A stretch of 64,000 nucleotides of DNA from the human T2T-CHM13v2.0 reference genome, Homo sapiens. Positions within the stretch are counted from its first letter, which is position 1; every line of letters starts with the position of its first letter. The notes below the pieces were generated by a model. That model did not search any database and was not told the DNA's origin. It was given only the letters and a program-made list of their open reading frames with translations. Shown piece by piece: positions 1 through 15,300 of the stretch. A program made the translations under genes and the position numbers. The stretch lies in the NCBI RefSeq assembly GCF_009914755.1, contig NC_060925.1; one strand, given 5' to 3'.

Positions 1-290
1 GGTGGCTCATACCTGTAATCTCAGCACTTTGGGAGGCTGAGGTGGGAGAACTGCTTGAGTCGAGGAGTTAGAGACCAGCCTGGGCAACATAATGAGACCC
101 CTTGTCTTTAGAAAAAATGTAAACATTTGCCAAGTGTGATGGCGTACACCTGTAGTCCCAGCTACTTAGGAGGCTGAGGTGGGAGGCTCGCCTGAGCCCA
201 AGAGGTCAAGGTTGCAGTGAGCCATGATCGCACACTGCACTTCAGCCTGGGCAACAGAGCAAGACCCTGTCTCAGGAAAAAAAAAAAGGA
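1..290 (+). mobile_element. AluJ-like SINE
   Basis: Alu dimer with A-tail. Confidence 0.9.
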
Positions 291-580
291 AAAGAAAATT
301 AGACTAAGACATGCTTTGTTTTGCAATGGTGCAGCATCAAGGGGTCCTGGCAGGGAAGAGGTGGCACCAGCCTGCACCACTGCTGCAGAAATACTCGGGA
401 GTACACAAAGCACTTCTCGGCTGGAGTCCAGAGGCCTTCATATTTGGTAGTTTACTCTGATGTTTTCAGTTCCAACAGAGGAAGAGGAAGGGGCTGGTCC
501 ACAGTGGCCTCAGGTAATGCTCAGCCTTGGGGGATGATGAACACAATGAGGGGCACTTGGCGTGAAGAGTGAGAGTCCAT

Positions 581-683
581 TTCTCCTTCTCCTTCTCCTT
601 CTCCTCCTCCTCCTCCTCGTCCTCCTCCTCCCCCGGCCCCCTTCCTCCTCCTCCTCTTCCTGCTCCTTCCCCCTACCCTCCCC
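581..683. repeat. (CCT/TTCTCC)n pyrimidine tract
   Basis: Direct reading. Confidence 0.85.
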
Positions 684-715
684 ACACGGGAGGTGTATCA
701 GGTAGTGAGTTTCAG

Positions 716-1215
<500 letters not shown>

Positions 1216-1779
1216 ACATACATACATACAGCAAGCTCTCAATGGGGCCAGTGAGCTGTGAGCATGTTTCCTCTGCACGCTAAGCTCTTGACTCACATTC
1301 CATCAGGAAGTTGGGGTCATCTTGACCAGGGAAGGGCAGGCATCTTGGTGGGGGGCCCCTGGACTGTACCTGGTAGTGCTGCTAGCAGAGGAATGGAAGC
1401 TGGGCAGCAAAAACCCCTGATGCCCACTAGTCCTGAGCATCCCTGGAAGCATCCTGCCAAGTGCAAGGCCCAGGGTAAGTGCTGAATTAATACTTGCATT
1501 TTGCCTGGATCCTCACCCCACCCACCAATTTTAACCACGGATCCTGATGAGAGCTAAGTAGAGTACCAAAGGTCATTTCCGTTTTTTTTTTTTTTAATGT
1601 ATCACAGCTACTACAATTTGTATTTTGTATGTTTACAAGCACATGCTTGGAAAACAGAAAATAATTTGGTTTTAAATATTCCAGGAAATTACAATCTAAT
1701 TGCATCAGTTCCCAACTGTGCCTCAGTTTCTAGCCTGGAAAATGGGGTTGTATTACAATTAACTCTCTCTGACTTGTGA

Positions 1780-2172
<393 letters not shown>

Positions 2173-2319
2173 TAGGGAGTGACATAACCCGCAGCACAGT
2201 TGTCAAAGGGGCCCTTAATTATTCACCCATCCCAGAGGCATCGTTTGAAGAAAGTGCCTTCTTTAAGGGCATTGGCTGCCTAGATGTGTTCAAATATAAA
2301 TGTGTGTGTGTATACTTAC

Positions 2320-2770
2320 ATTTTTAATAGACTTTTATTTTGGAATAATTGTAGATTTACAGAAAAGCTGCAAAGAATAGTACAGAGAGTTCCCTCAAAT
2401 TCTTCGCCCAGTTTCCTCTAACATTTGCATCTTACACAGCCATGGCACATTTGTCAAAACTAAGAAATTAACACTGGTATTACTTTTAACTAAAGGCTTT
2501 TTTGGATTTTACCAGTTTTTTCACTCATGCCTTGTTTTGTTCCAAAATCCAACCCAGGATATCACACTGCATTTAATCAAATGTAAATACGTATGCTTTA
2601 ACTTTTTTATTTTAAAATAATCATAGATTTACAGGAAATTGCAACAACAACAAAAAAAGTACAGAGATTCTGTGTACCCTTCCCCCAGTTTCGTTCAGTG
2701 GTAACTCCTTGTATAACTACACAATATCAAAACCATGAAATAGATATTGGCACAATCCATAGACAGTATT
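2320..2770 (-). mobile_element. two old L1M (L1MB/MC/MD-type) 3'-end fragments
   Basis: TTTTATTTT..AATAAT..TAGATTTACAG..AA.TTGCAA..GTACAGAGA.TTC is typical of L1M 3' UTR ends. Confidence 0.7.
2334..2339 (-). terminator. polyadenylation signal AATAAA (L1-derived)
   Basis: TTTATT on + at the 3' end of an old L1 fragment. A second one lies at 2606-2611. Confidence 0.6.
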
Positions 2771-3258
2771 AAATATACATGCATATATATATATTTTTAA
2801 GTGAAAAATATTTTTAAACCTCGCTTTGCCTCACAGCCAAGAAGATCAAATACTTTCTCCAAAAACATAGAATTTGTATCTAACTCCACTCGCTCCAAAC
2901 TCAAGTCCAACCATGAAATTATTGATCCCTCTCTCTAACCCTCCAACTACAGGCAAGAAGCTGCCCATACATTCCCCAAAGCAGGAGTGCACTCTGCCAC
3001 AGGCCTAGATGCCGTCAACCTCCTGGACCTTGAACTCCCTAAATTAATGGCCTCTGTGTGAGTATGTGTAAGCAGCCCCTCTCTGTCCCAGTCCATCCTA
3101 AAATCACTCCCTTGGAGCCACCACTGCCCCTCTCATCTTCTAGAATTTCTAGAAAGATAAAGAGCTAGATAAGCATCTAGGTACCTTTCTTCTGCTGTTA
3201 GCTCTAAAGACAAGTGAATATATCCTAGCTAGGATGTACTCTAAGGAATGCAGAAGTA

Positions 3259-3530
3259 GGCCGAGTGCAGTGGCTCATTCCTGTAATCCCAGTGCTTTGG
3301 GAGGCCGAGGTGGGCGGATCACCTGAGGTCAGGAGTTTGAGTCCAGCCTGGTCAACATGGCAAAGCCCCGTCTCTACTAAAAATACAAAAATTAGCTGGG
3401 CGTGGTGGCGGGTGCCTGTAATCCCAGCTACTCGGGAGGCTGAGGCAGGAGAATCACTTGAACCCCCAAGGCAGAGGTTGCAGTGAGCTGAGATGGTACC
3501 ACTGCCCATTTCAAAAAAAAAAAAAAAAGA
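3259..3530 (+). mobile_element. AluS with TSD GAATGCAGAAGTA
   Basis: Alu motifs; the TSD flanks both ends. Confidence 0.92.
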
Positions 3531-3561
3531 ATGCAGAAGTAAATTAAATGACCACAAAGAG

Positions 3562-3841
3562 TTTTTTTTAATTTGAGACAGGGTCTGGCTCTGTCACCTA
3601 GGCTGGAATACAGTGGCGCAATCTCAGCTCACTTCAATCTGTGCCTCCTGGGCTCAAGCCATCCCCTGACCTCAGCCTCCTGAGTAGCTGGGACTACAGT
3701 CCTGCCACTATGCCTGGCTAATTTTTGTATTTTTTGTAGAGATGTTGCCCAGGCTGGTCTGAAACTCCTGAGCTCAAGGGATCCATCCACCTGGGCCTCC
3801 CCAAGTGCTGGGATTACAGGCATGCGCCACCGTGCCCAACC
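3562..3841 (-). mobile_element. AluJ
   Basis: Alu reverse complement. Confidence 0.9.
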
Positions 3842-5997
3842 CAGACATCACTTTTATCTGAAGCAACAACTATCTGCTCTTTCTGTTTCCTTACTAATTA
3901 TCCAGGAACTTTTACAGGTGAACTCTGAGGAGGACAATTTTTATTGTTTTTATGTCAGCATAACTAAAAGTAAAGCTGGATAGGAAGAGGTTACTTGAAA
4001 ATGATTTCACCTGAACTCAAATGAATAAGCTGGCTACTGCATAAAGCAACAGAGGGGTCCCTTTAATTTAAAAGCTCAGGACTCTGAATCAATTGCTGGT
4101 TGGGAGAAGGTAGAGACATTCTTTACTTCTGCCTAGAACTGGGGAAAATGGCGTAGACTTCTGCTCTGAAGCAGTCCTCAGTGCTGCTTCGGTCAGAACT
4201 CCCGAGAGGCATCTGAGTGCTGGCCTGTCACTGCGGCTGGCATTCCAGGCATTTCATTGGCCCCACTTCAGCCCACGCCTGGCTCCACGGGGCTGGGCAG
4301 CTGAGGGGAGTTTGTGGCAGAGTGGGCATGGGGCACGGCCCGTGCAATGTGCGTTACAAAGGGGCTCTCTCTGAAGCAAGTCCTCTGCACTCCAGTCTAT
4401 TTGAGGAAGAAAAGGACAATTCCCATAGGGAGGGGGTTTGCTGAAGCAACCAGCTGCCTGGTTTCCTCTCCAGCATTGAGAGGGAGGGAGGGCTGGCTTA
4501 ACTGGGGGACGGCCTTCTCATCTGGACTGTGTCAAGGCCAAGGTTAGGCTCCAAATTCCAGAAAACCTCTCTGCAGGGTCTTCTTTCAGAGTGGTGAGAA
4601 TGGAAGCAGGCTCCCTTCCCCTCCAGCACTAGGAAGCCCCGCAATTGGTGAGGTGCAAAGAAAGATGGGCCCAGGCAGGGAGGCGGGAGCAGGGGAGGTG
4701 CCCAGGGCAGTGGCTGGAAGGGCAACGGGAGAAGCAGCAGAGGCTGGGGGTGGGGGTCGCAGCAGGTGCTGTCCCTGGCCTGTGTGAAAGGTACTAGAAG
4801 GCCCCATCCTTGGTGCCACATGGACCCCAGAGGCTTGTCTTAGTCCATGGGGTCCGAGGTGTAAGACACTTACGTTTGGCGTCACCTCTTAGGCTTGGAT
4901 GAATTTCAGAAAGTGCTAGACTGGAGAACAGTGGAAAAAATCAGTGGAACAAGATCTGGAGCACTCACTGCTCAATGTCAATGTTAGAGAGCACAACGAC
5001 ACCAATGGGAGGAGGGTGAGGACCAGAGGCTGATTGCATGAGCTCTGTTGGAGTGCAGGACCCACTAACGGGTTATCTCAGGGTTCCTGGAGGCCACGGC
5101 TGTGCCTTGTGGTCCAAGACCTGGGGAAGCCACCACTGTGTCTTCCCTCTCCATCCTCCGGTGACTTTGGTCCAATTCCTGTTGCCATGGCAATCAGCCC
5201 AGCTGGCCTCACAGTTCACTGGCCTCAAAGTTGGCATCTGTAGGTGAAGCCAGTGGGACCCAGAGAACTTAATTCTTCTCAACTGAGCTGGCTTGGAGGA
5301 ACTTTTCTCATCAGCCACTGGAGCAGAGAACGTCACCAGCGTCTCACTGACGTCAACATCCTGGGCCTGGCTCTAGCTGAAAAGGAAAATTCTCCCCAAG
5401 GCAGACACATCTCCCGAAGCCCACACAGGCACTTTCTATGATTGCACTGGAAATCTGTCTCCTGGGGACAGGGAGCGCGTACGCTCACAGTCAAGTCACA
5501 ATGTTGAGCAGTCTCCAGGACTCCACGTTCATCTCTAAGAACAGGAGCCGGTGGTTGGGCGCAGATTCTTGAGCCAGATTGCTCGCGTTCAAAACCTGGT
5601 CCCTTTTTATTAATTGCATGCTTAGTTACATTTTCTGTTTGTACTTTTGTTTCCTTCTCTGCAAGACGGGGTTAATCACAGACACTTGTACATGATGTAA
5701 TACACTTACAATACTTAGGACAGGCCTTCCTGCATAGTAAGTGCTCTGCAAACACTGGCTACTATTCTCCCTACGTGCAAACTTCTCCCAGCCAAAAGCC
5801 GCCCACACCAAGCCCCTGTGCCTTTTTCCTTCCGCACCCACGAGCAGGCTGCTCCTGGGGCCCTGGAGCTCACTTTCCCAGCCGCCCTCACCACCCACCG
5901 TGGCGCAGAAGAGCTTCCGAAGTCCTGGCGTCTCCCACTGGTCTGGGCATCTCTCGCTTCATCTTCCCTCTTGGGCCCCACAACGTGCAGCACTTCT

Positions 5998-6019
5998 AGG
6001 GCAGTATACTTGCTGATTG
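5998..6019 (-). ncRNA. MIR34A: miR-34a-3p
   Basis: Reverse complement is CAATCAGCAAGTATACTGCCCT, which pairs with the 5p arm. Confidence 0.95.
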
Positions 6020-6039
6020 CTTCCTTACTATTGCTCACA

Positions 6040-6061
6040 ACAACCAGCTAAGACACTGCCA
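6040..6061 (-). ncRNA. MIR34A: mature miR-34a-5p
   Basis: Reverse complement is TGGCAGTGTCTTAGCTGGTTGT (seed GGCAGUG, miR-34/449 family). Confidence 0.99.
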
Positions 6062-6183
6062 AAGAAACACTCACAGCTGGCCGGTCCACGGCATCCGGAG
6101 GGGACTCGGGGGACAGGCCTGTCCTGCCTCTCCCCAGCACCTGTTGATAAGAAGGAAATGTGGGGAGGAAAGAAAGGATGCAG

Positions 6184-6575
6184 GAGGCCGAGGTGGGAGG
6201 ATCGCTTCAGGCCAGGAGTTCAAGACCAGCCCAGGCAACTAGCAAGACTCCATCTCTACAAAAAAATTTTAAAAATTAGCCAGGCATGGTGACATGCGTG
6301 CCTGTAGTCCTAGCTACTGGAGAGGCCAGGGCAGGAGGATCGCTTGAGCCCAGGGGTTGAGGCTGCAGGGAGCTGTGATTGCGCCAGTCTGGGTGACAGG
6401 GTGAGACCCCGTCTCTAAAAATAAAAATTGGGTGATGGCTCACACCTGTAATCCCAGCAATTTTGGAGGCCAAGACAGGAGGATCACTTGAGGCGAGAAG
6501 TTCAAAACCAGCCTGGTCAACATAGCCAGACCCCCACCTTCAGCAACTGTCTCTACAAAATGAAAATAAAAATAA
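6184..6575 (+). mobile_element. AluJ fragment plus following Alu monomer
   Basis: Alu motifs. Confidence 0.85.
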
Positions 6576-6769
6576 TGAAAGAGAGAGGATGGAGGAGAAG
6601 GCTGAGACCAGTAACAGATTCCAAAAGGACTAATTGACAAGGAGAAAAAGAGTCAGCACTTCCCTGGAAGAGAAAAAATTCGAAAAGGACAGTGGTTGAA
6701 AAGTCAGCATGTCTGCGTGAAAGGGAAGCAATGAAGTAGCGCCAACTCCTCCCCCGTCCCGGGCACCGT

Positions 6770-7169
6770 TTAGGGAGAGGATCAGAGTTCTGCCAGAGAA
6801 TCAGAACCAGAAGGAGATATAGATTAAGTTTATTTCAAGGAATCGGCTTACGTGATTGTGGGGGCTGGCTAGGCAAGTCTGAAATCCAGAGGGCAGGCCA
6901 GCAGGCCGGAAGCTCCCCGGAGGAGCTGACACTGCAGTCCCCAGGCAGGATTTCTTCTTCTTCAGGGAAACCTCGGTTCTGCTCTTGAGGCCTTTCAACC
7001 GATTGCATGAGGCCCACCCACCTCGCAGAGGAGAACCTTTGACTTACAGCCAGTGATCATCAGTGCTGACCACATGTACAACGCACCTCACAGTAGCACC
7101 CAGGCAAGCGTTTGGTTGAATCATGGGTATCACAGCCTCGCTAAATTGACAAGGAAATTGCCCATCACA
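6770..7169 (-). mobile_element. MLT2 (ERVL) LTR
   Basis: GTTCT.CCAGAGAA.CAGAACCA...TTTATT.AAGGAAT.GGCT and terminal CCATCACA are typical of MLT2. Confidence 0.75.
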
Positions 7170-7453
7170 GGGTTTAAGATCTAGTGCTTTAAGATCTACT
7201 GACTTCTTGTTGTTTTGTTGTTGTTGTTTTTATAGAGATGGGTTCTTGCCATGTTGCCCAGGATGGTCTCAAACTCCTGGGCTCAAGTGATCCTTCCGCC
7301 TCGGCCTCCCAAAATACTGGGGTTATAGGCATGAACCACTATGCCAGGCCAAGATCTAGTGACTTTGGATACGGACCACCACGGAACAGTTCCTCTTCCA
7401 TGTGGGTGTGGGGGCATGAAGGACTGTTTTCAGGAGGATCAAAGTCACCTCTA

Positions 7454-8076
<623 letters not shown>

Positions 8077-9273
8077 TCAGATTTTAACCCAAAGGTAAAT
8101 TCCAGCAGGGCATGCTCATCAGCTAGAGCGGCAGGTCTCGGCTTCACTGTGTAAGCATCGGCTGGGGAGCTTTTGGTAAAATGCAGATTCCCAGGTTCAA
8201 ACCTAGAAGTTCAGACTTGGCAGCTCTGGGATGATGCCAAAGGTACATCCTGCAGTTGCTGTGTCCCCAGGTCAGCGCAGAGACAAGCAAAAACTCAAAG
8301 CTTCCTCCCTCCCTCAACTCCCAGCCAAGACTGGACGGGGCAGGGGACCCCAGAATCCTGAAAACAGATAGCCACATGGAAACAGTGACCACAGCACACT
8401 TGAACTTTGTAAGCACAGCAGAAGCGTGTGGGATGGGCTGGCCCATCCAGAGATGGGGTGCAAGAGGCAGGAATCTGGCCTCATGGTGGCTCCTGGCTTC
8501 AGCCCCAGCACTGCCACCAGAGGGAGGGCAAAGGTCAGTGGGGATGGTGGGAGGGCCGTGTGTTTTCAGGGGTGGGCATGGCAGGGGTGTCAGGCAAACA
8601 CTAACACAGTGAAGTGCAACTGCCAAGTCTTCCAGCCAGCCCGCTCCTCAGGCTCGGAAACGGTCCCAGAGGAAAAGATGGTTCAGAAGAGAGAGAGAGT
8701 AAGATCCCGGGGACATCTGAGCCAAACCACACGCACTTTCCACTGCTCAGCAGCCCCTGTCCCAGACTTCCAAACAGAATTCCATTTTCTGAATCTAGAC
8801 AGCCACCTGGGTGAAGGCATCTACCCATGAAGGCTGCTGCCCCAGGCACCAGAAGGACAGGAGGGGGCCCTTCCTCTTCCTCCTGAGTCAGGACCCTCAG
8901 ATGGAGAAGAAAATCCTCCTAGTCAGAAAGAGGAGGCTCTGACTTTAGGGACAATCTTTCTAGTTAGAGAGAGGAGGTCTGAACTCTGTGGACAATCTTT
9001 CCAGTCAGAGAGAGAAGGCCTGGACTTCAGGGACAATTTTTTCTGGTTAGACAGAGGAGGTGGTGGTGGTAGTGCATGCCTGTAGTCCCAGCTACTCAAG
9101 AGGCCAGGGTGGGAGGATCACTTGAGCCCAGGAATTGAGGCTGCAGTGAGCCACTGCGCTCTAGCCTGGGTGACAGAGCAAGACCCTGTCTCTAAAAATA
9201 AAAATAAAAAATTGGATGGTGGCTCACATGCGTAATCCCAACACTTTGGGAGCCCAAGGGGGGAGAATCACTT

Positions 9274-10340
9274 GGGGACAGCCTTTCCGGTCAGAGAGAG
9301 GAGGCCTGGACTCTGAGGACAATCTTTCCAGTCAGAGAGAAGAGGCCTGGACGCTGAGGACAATCTTTCCAGTCAGAGAGAAGAGGCCTGGACTCTGAGG
9401 GCAATCTTTCCAATCAGAGAGAAGAGGCCTGAACTCTGAGGACAGTCTCTAGTCAGAGAGAGGAGGCCTGGACTCTGAGGACAGTCTTTCCAGTCACAGA
9501 GAGGAGGCCTGGACCCTGAGGACAGTCTTTCCAGTCAGAGAGAGGAGGCCTGGACTCTCAGGACAATCTTTCCAGTCAGAGAGAGGAGGTCTGGACTCTG
9601 AGGACAGGCTTTCCAGTCAGAGAGAGGAGGCCTGGACTCTCAGGACAGTCTTTCCAGTCAGAAAGAAGAGGCCTGGACTCTGAGGACAGTCTTTTCAGTC
9701 AGAGAGAAGAGGCCTGGACTCTGAGGGCAATCTTTCCAGTCAGAGGGAGGAGTCCTGGACTCTGAGGACAATCTTTTCAGTCAGAGAGAAGAGGCCTGGA
9801 CTCTGAGGGCAGTCTTTCCAGTCAGAGAGAAGAGGCCTGGACTCTGAGGACAGTCTTTCCAGTCAGAGAGAGGAGGCCTGGACTCTGAGGACAATCTTTC
9901 CAGTCAGAGAGAAGAGGCCTGGACTCTGAGGGCAATCTTTCCAGTCAGAGGGAAGAGGCCTGGACTCTGAGGACAGTCTTTCCAGTCAGAGAGAGGAGGC
10001 CTGGACTCTGAGGACAGTCTTTCCAGTCAGAGAGAGGAGGCCTGGACTCTCAGGACAATCTTTCCAGTCAGAGAGAGGAGGTCTGGACTCTGAGGACAGG
10101 CTTTCCAGTCAGAGAGAGGAGGCCTGGACTCTCAGGACAGTCTTTCCAGTCAGAGAGAGGAGGTCTGGACTCTGAGGACAGGCTTTCCAGTCAGAGAGAG
10201 GAGGCCTGGACTCTCAGGACAGTCTTTCCAGTCAGAGAGAGGAGGCCTGGACTCTCAGGACAGTCTTTCCAGTCAAAGATTCTAGGCCTGGACTTTGGGG
10301 ACAGCCTTCTCCATCAAGAGAGAGGAGGCCAGGATTTTAG
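9274..10340. repeat. 41-bp minisatellite (VNTR), ~25 copies
   Basis: Unit GGACTCTGAGGACA(G/A)TCTTTCCAGTCAGAGAGA(G/A)GAGGCCT repeated tandemly. Degenerate copies lie at ~8900-9060. Confidence 0.97.
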
Positions 10341-10698
10341 GCAATGGGGAATAATTAATCAATACATGAAAATTGATTGTGTTCCACAAAATACAAAACG
10401 TACCAAGTCAGCAATCTTTAACCATGTCAGACTTCCCTGGAGTCACAACCTGAGGACAGAGATTTAAATGATGTTCCTTTCTACAGAAAGGCCTTCACTC
10501 TAAGTATCAGGCCCAGCTTCTGCTGCATTAAACATAAGATGTATAAGGCCCCAGGCCTGATGTGTCTTGCTGCCCAGCCAGCCCTGCTGGTCCAGCAAAC
10601 CAGGAGGAATTCGAGAAAATCAGAAGCCATCTTTAGCAGGAAATAGAACTCCAGAGGGGCTGTGAGCTCCTTCAGCACAAAAGAAAACGTTGATTCTG

Positions 10699-10991
10699 GC
10701 CGGGTGCGGTGGCTCACACCGGTATATCCCACGGCTTTGGGAAGCTGAGGTGGGTGGACCACTTCAGGTCAGGAGTTTGAGACCAACCTGGGCAACATGG
10801 TGAAACTCCTGTCTCTACTAAAAACACAAAAACTAGCCGGGCATGGTGGCAGGTGCCTGTAATCCCAACTACTTGGGAGGCTGAGGCGGGAGGATTGTTT
10901 GAACCCATAAGGCGGAGGTTACAGTGAGCCGAGATGGTGTCACTGCACTCCAGACTGGGTAACAGAGGAAGACTCTGTCTCAAAAAAAAAA

Positions 10992-11023
<32 letters not shown>

Positions 11024-11025
11024 GA
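10699..11025 (+). mobile_element. AluS with (GAA)n tail
   Basis: Full Alu. Confidence 0.9.
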
Positions 11026-12195
11026 AAATGCTGATTCTGGTAATGATGCTCTCGGATGGTATGATTCCCAGAAACACAGGAGCTCTCACCATCACTGGGA
11101 TGTGAAAATTCACTCAGGAAACCTCCTCAGCCCCACAGCACATCTCCCAGAAGCATGATGGTCCCCTCCACATCCAACACACAGCCACCGAGAGCCTCTG
11201 ACCTGTGGACACCATGCTGGGTGTTCACCAGTCATGGCGGGGGGACAGACAGGTGTCCTGGGCCTTGGAGAATCTAATGTCCGTGGAGCAGACACAGGCA
11301 AGAAATCACAGCTGGGCAAAATTACAATGGGGAGCAGTGCTAGGGAGGAAAGACCCCTAGCTTCTCTTCCAGAGGAGAAGGTAGTCTGGGATGTCGTCCC
11401 CGTGGCCTCATCAATGAGATCAGGGAAGGGTAACAGGGAACACGCCGCACCACGGGCATCAGGGTGGGTGAAGTAGGGCTCGGGGAGGGAGGACCAGCAG
11501 CCTGGGAGGGTCGTGTGGTGGCTGAAGTTGCCAAGGAGGCCACGGTGTTGAAGCAACCAAGAAGGCGGGGACAAGTGAGGCAGAAGTGGGCGACCTCGCA
11601 GGCCTCCACGAAGAACCCGCCTTTGTTTTAGGAGCAATGGGAAGACACAGCATGTTTAGAGGTGGAGGGATCTCTTGCCAGAACTGTTCTAGAAGCCTGG
11701 TGGCGGGGACTGGTAAATATACTGAAAACCAAACCAAACAAAACGAAGCCCCATACCCTTACCCCCCACCACGGGCATGCTTCCACCATGACAGCAAACA
11801 TCAGGTTGCGGGTGTGTGGGGTCATGACCTCATCCTCTGCTCCCATTTCCCCAACAGCACCTAATGCACAGCGGACACGGGCAGACCCTTCACACGTGAC
11901 TATGTCCCAATGATCTTTATGTGTTGGAGAGGCCTGCTTTGGAGGTCACCTGGACCCAAAAGGCATGGCTTAGCTGGCACCGTCTGCATAAGCAGATGAA
12001 ACCTCAGACGTCCCTCTGATCCAAACACAATATGACTATATGAGAGCAAAGAGATTGCTTTAATGTCCTCTAACAGGTTAAAGGCCAACACAGCTAAAGT
12101 AGGGGCCACAGGTGATGGATTCAGAAAGAAAAGCCACTTTCATGACCGAAATCGGCTAAGGCTGGGCCGGTAGCTTTTCATTTAGAAGTATATCC

Positions 12196-13419
<1,224 letters not shown>

Positions 13420-14024
13420 CTAATTCTGTCCAGGTTGGAGCCATGGCAGAGAGGAGAGTGGCTGTCTTGGGGATGGGGTCAAAAAGATGGATGTGGAAGT
13501 TTTGACCCTCAAAAATGACTGACAGGTCCGTGGCTACTGGAACAAGCTTTCACCGGCTGTGGGGGGTGGGGGGCAGGGTACCACCACCCTCGTGTCCCCA
13601 GGAGACAGGAGAAAACTGCAGCAGGTTGCTAGTTGCCCTATTGATGATGTGTTAGAATGCTGTCCCTCTGCTGATTCCCGTAGCATCCCTGGGTAAATGG
13701 CAGAGAGCCTTGCTGGCTCTTTGGGGCCACCAGCCAAAAGCCTGTTGCCTTTGCCATTTGCAGAGCGAGAGACTCATTCATCTCATACCTCTTAATATTT
13801 AAGACTCTGTTTTTCCCTTTTTCTGGTTCTTATGGATGGAACCTTAAGCAGCCAACTCTGGGAGGCAGCAGGTTCATTTAAAAAAAAAAAAAAACAAGAA
13901 AAAAGGCTCAAACACCTAAAAACTAGCAGCCCAGCTGCTTACTGGGAAGAGGGGTCTCCCTGGGCAGTGAAAAGTGAAGAGTAGATGCTAGGATTGTCGG
14001 AAATTACCACTGCATTGAGAATCT

Positions 14025-14430
<406 letters not shown>

Positions 14431-14493
14431 AGGAGTAAGGGTTATTGTTTTACCCCAAATCAGTTTAAAATCTGAGTAAATTTAAATTTTTGG

Positions 14494-15300
<807 letters not shown>

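Larger units (their letters stand above)
5973..6082 (-). ncRNA. MIR34A: pre-miR-34a hairpin
   Basis: Reverse complement is GGCCAGCTGTGAGTGTTTCTTTGGCAGTGTCTTAGCTGGTTGTTGTGAGCAATAGTAAGGAAGCAATCAGCAAGTATACTGCCCTAGAAGTGCTGCACGTTGTGGGGCCC, the 110-nt human miR-34a stem-loop. Basal UG at -14/-13 and apical UGUG Microprocessor motifs are present. Confidence 0.99.
2318..6140 (-). ncRNA. MIR34AHG: miR-34a host gene, last exon (3' end approximate)
   Basis: Strong acceptor CATCCTTTCTTTCCTCCCCACATTTCCTTCTTATCAACAG|GTG (AG at 6142-6141). Contains the hairpin. AATAAA on the minus strand at 2339-2334. Confidence 0.85.

Noticed and set aside
3138-3154. HSE-like TTCTAGAATTTCTAGAA
   Set aside because: The central spacing is off by one from nGAAn phasing.
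4706-4712. miR-34a seed match (CACTGCC) in the host's own last exon
   Set aside because: A single 7-mer in ~4 kb is plausible by chance.
6871-6880. p53 half-site AGGCAAGTCT near the miRNA
   Set aside because: A lone half-site inside an MLT2 LTR with no properly phased partner.
9274-10340. CRISPR-like appearance of the repeat array
   Set aside because: There are no unique spacers and the context is human; it is a tandem minisatellite.
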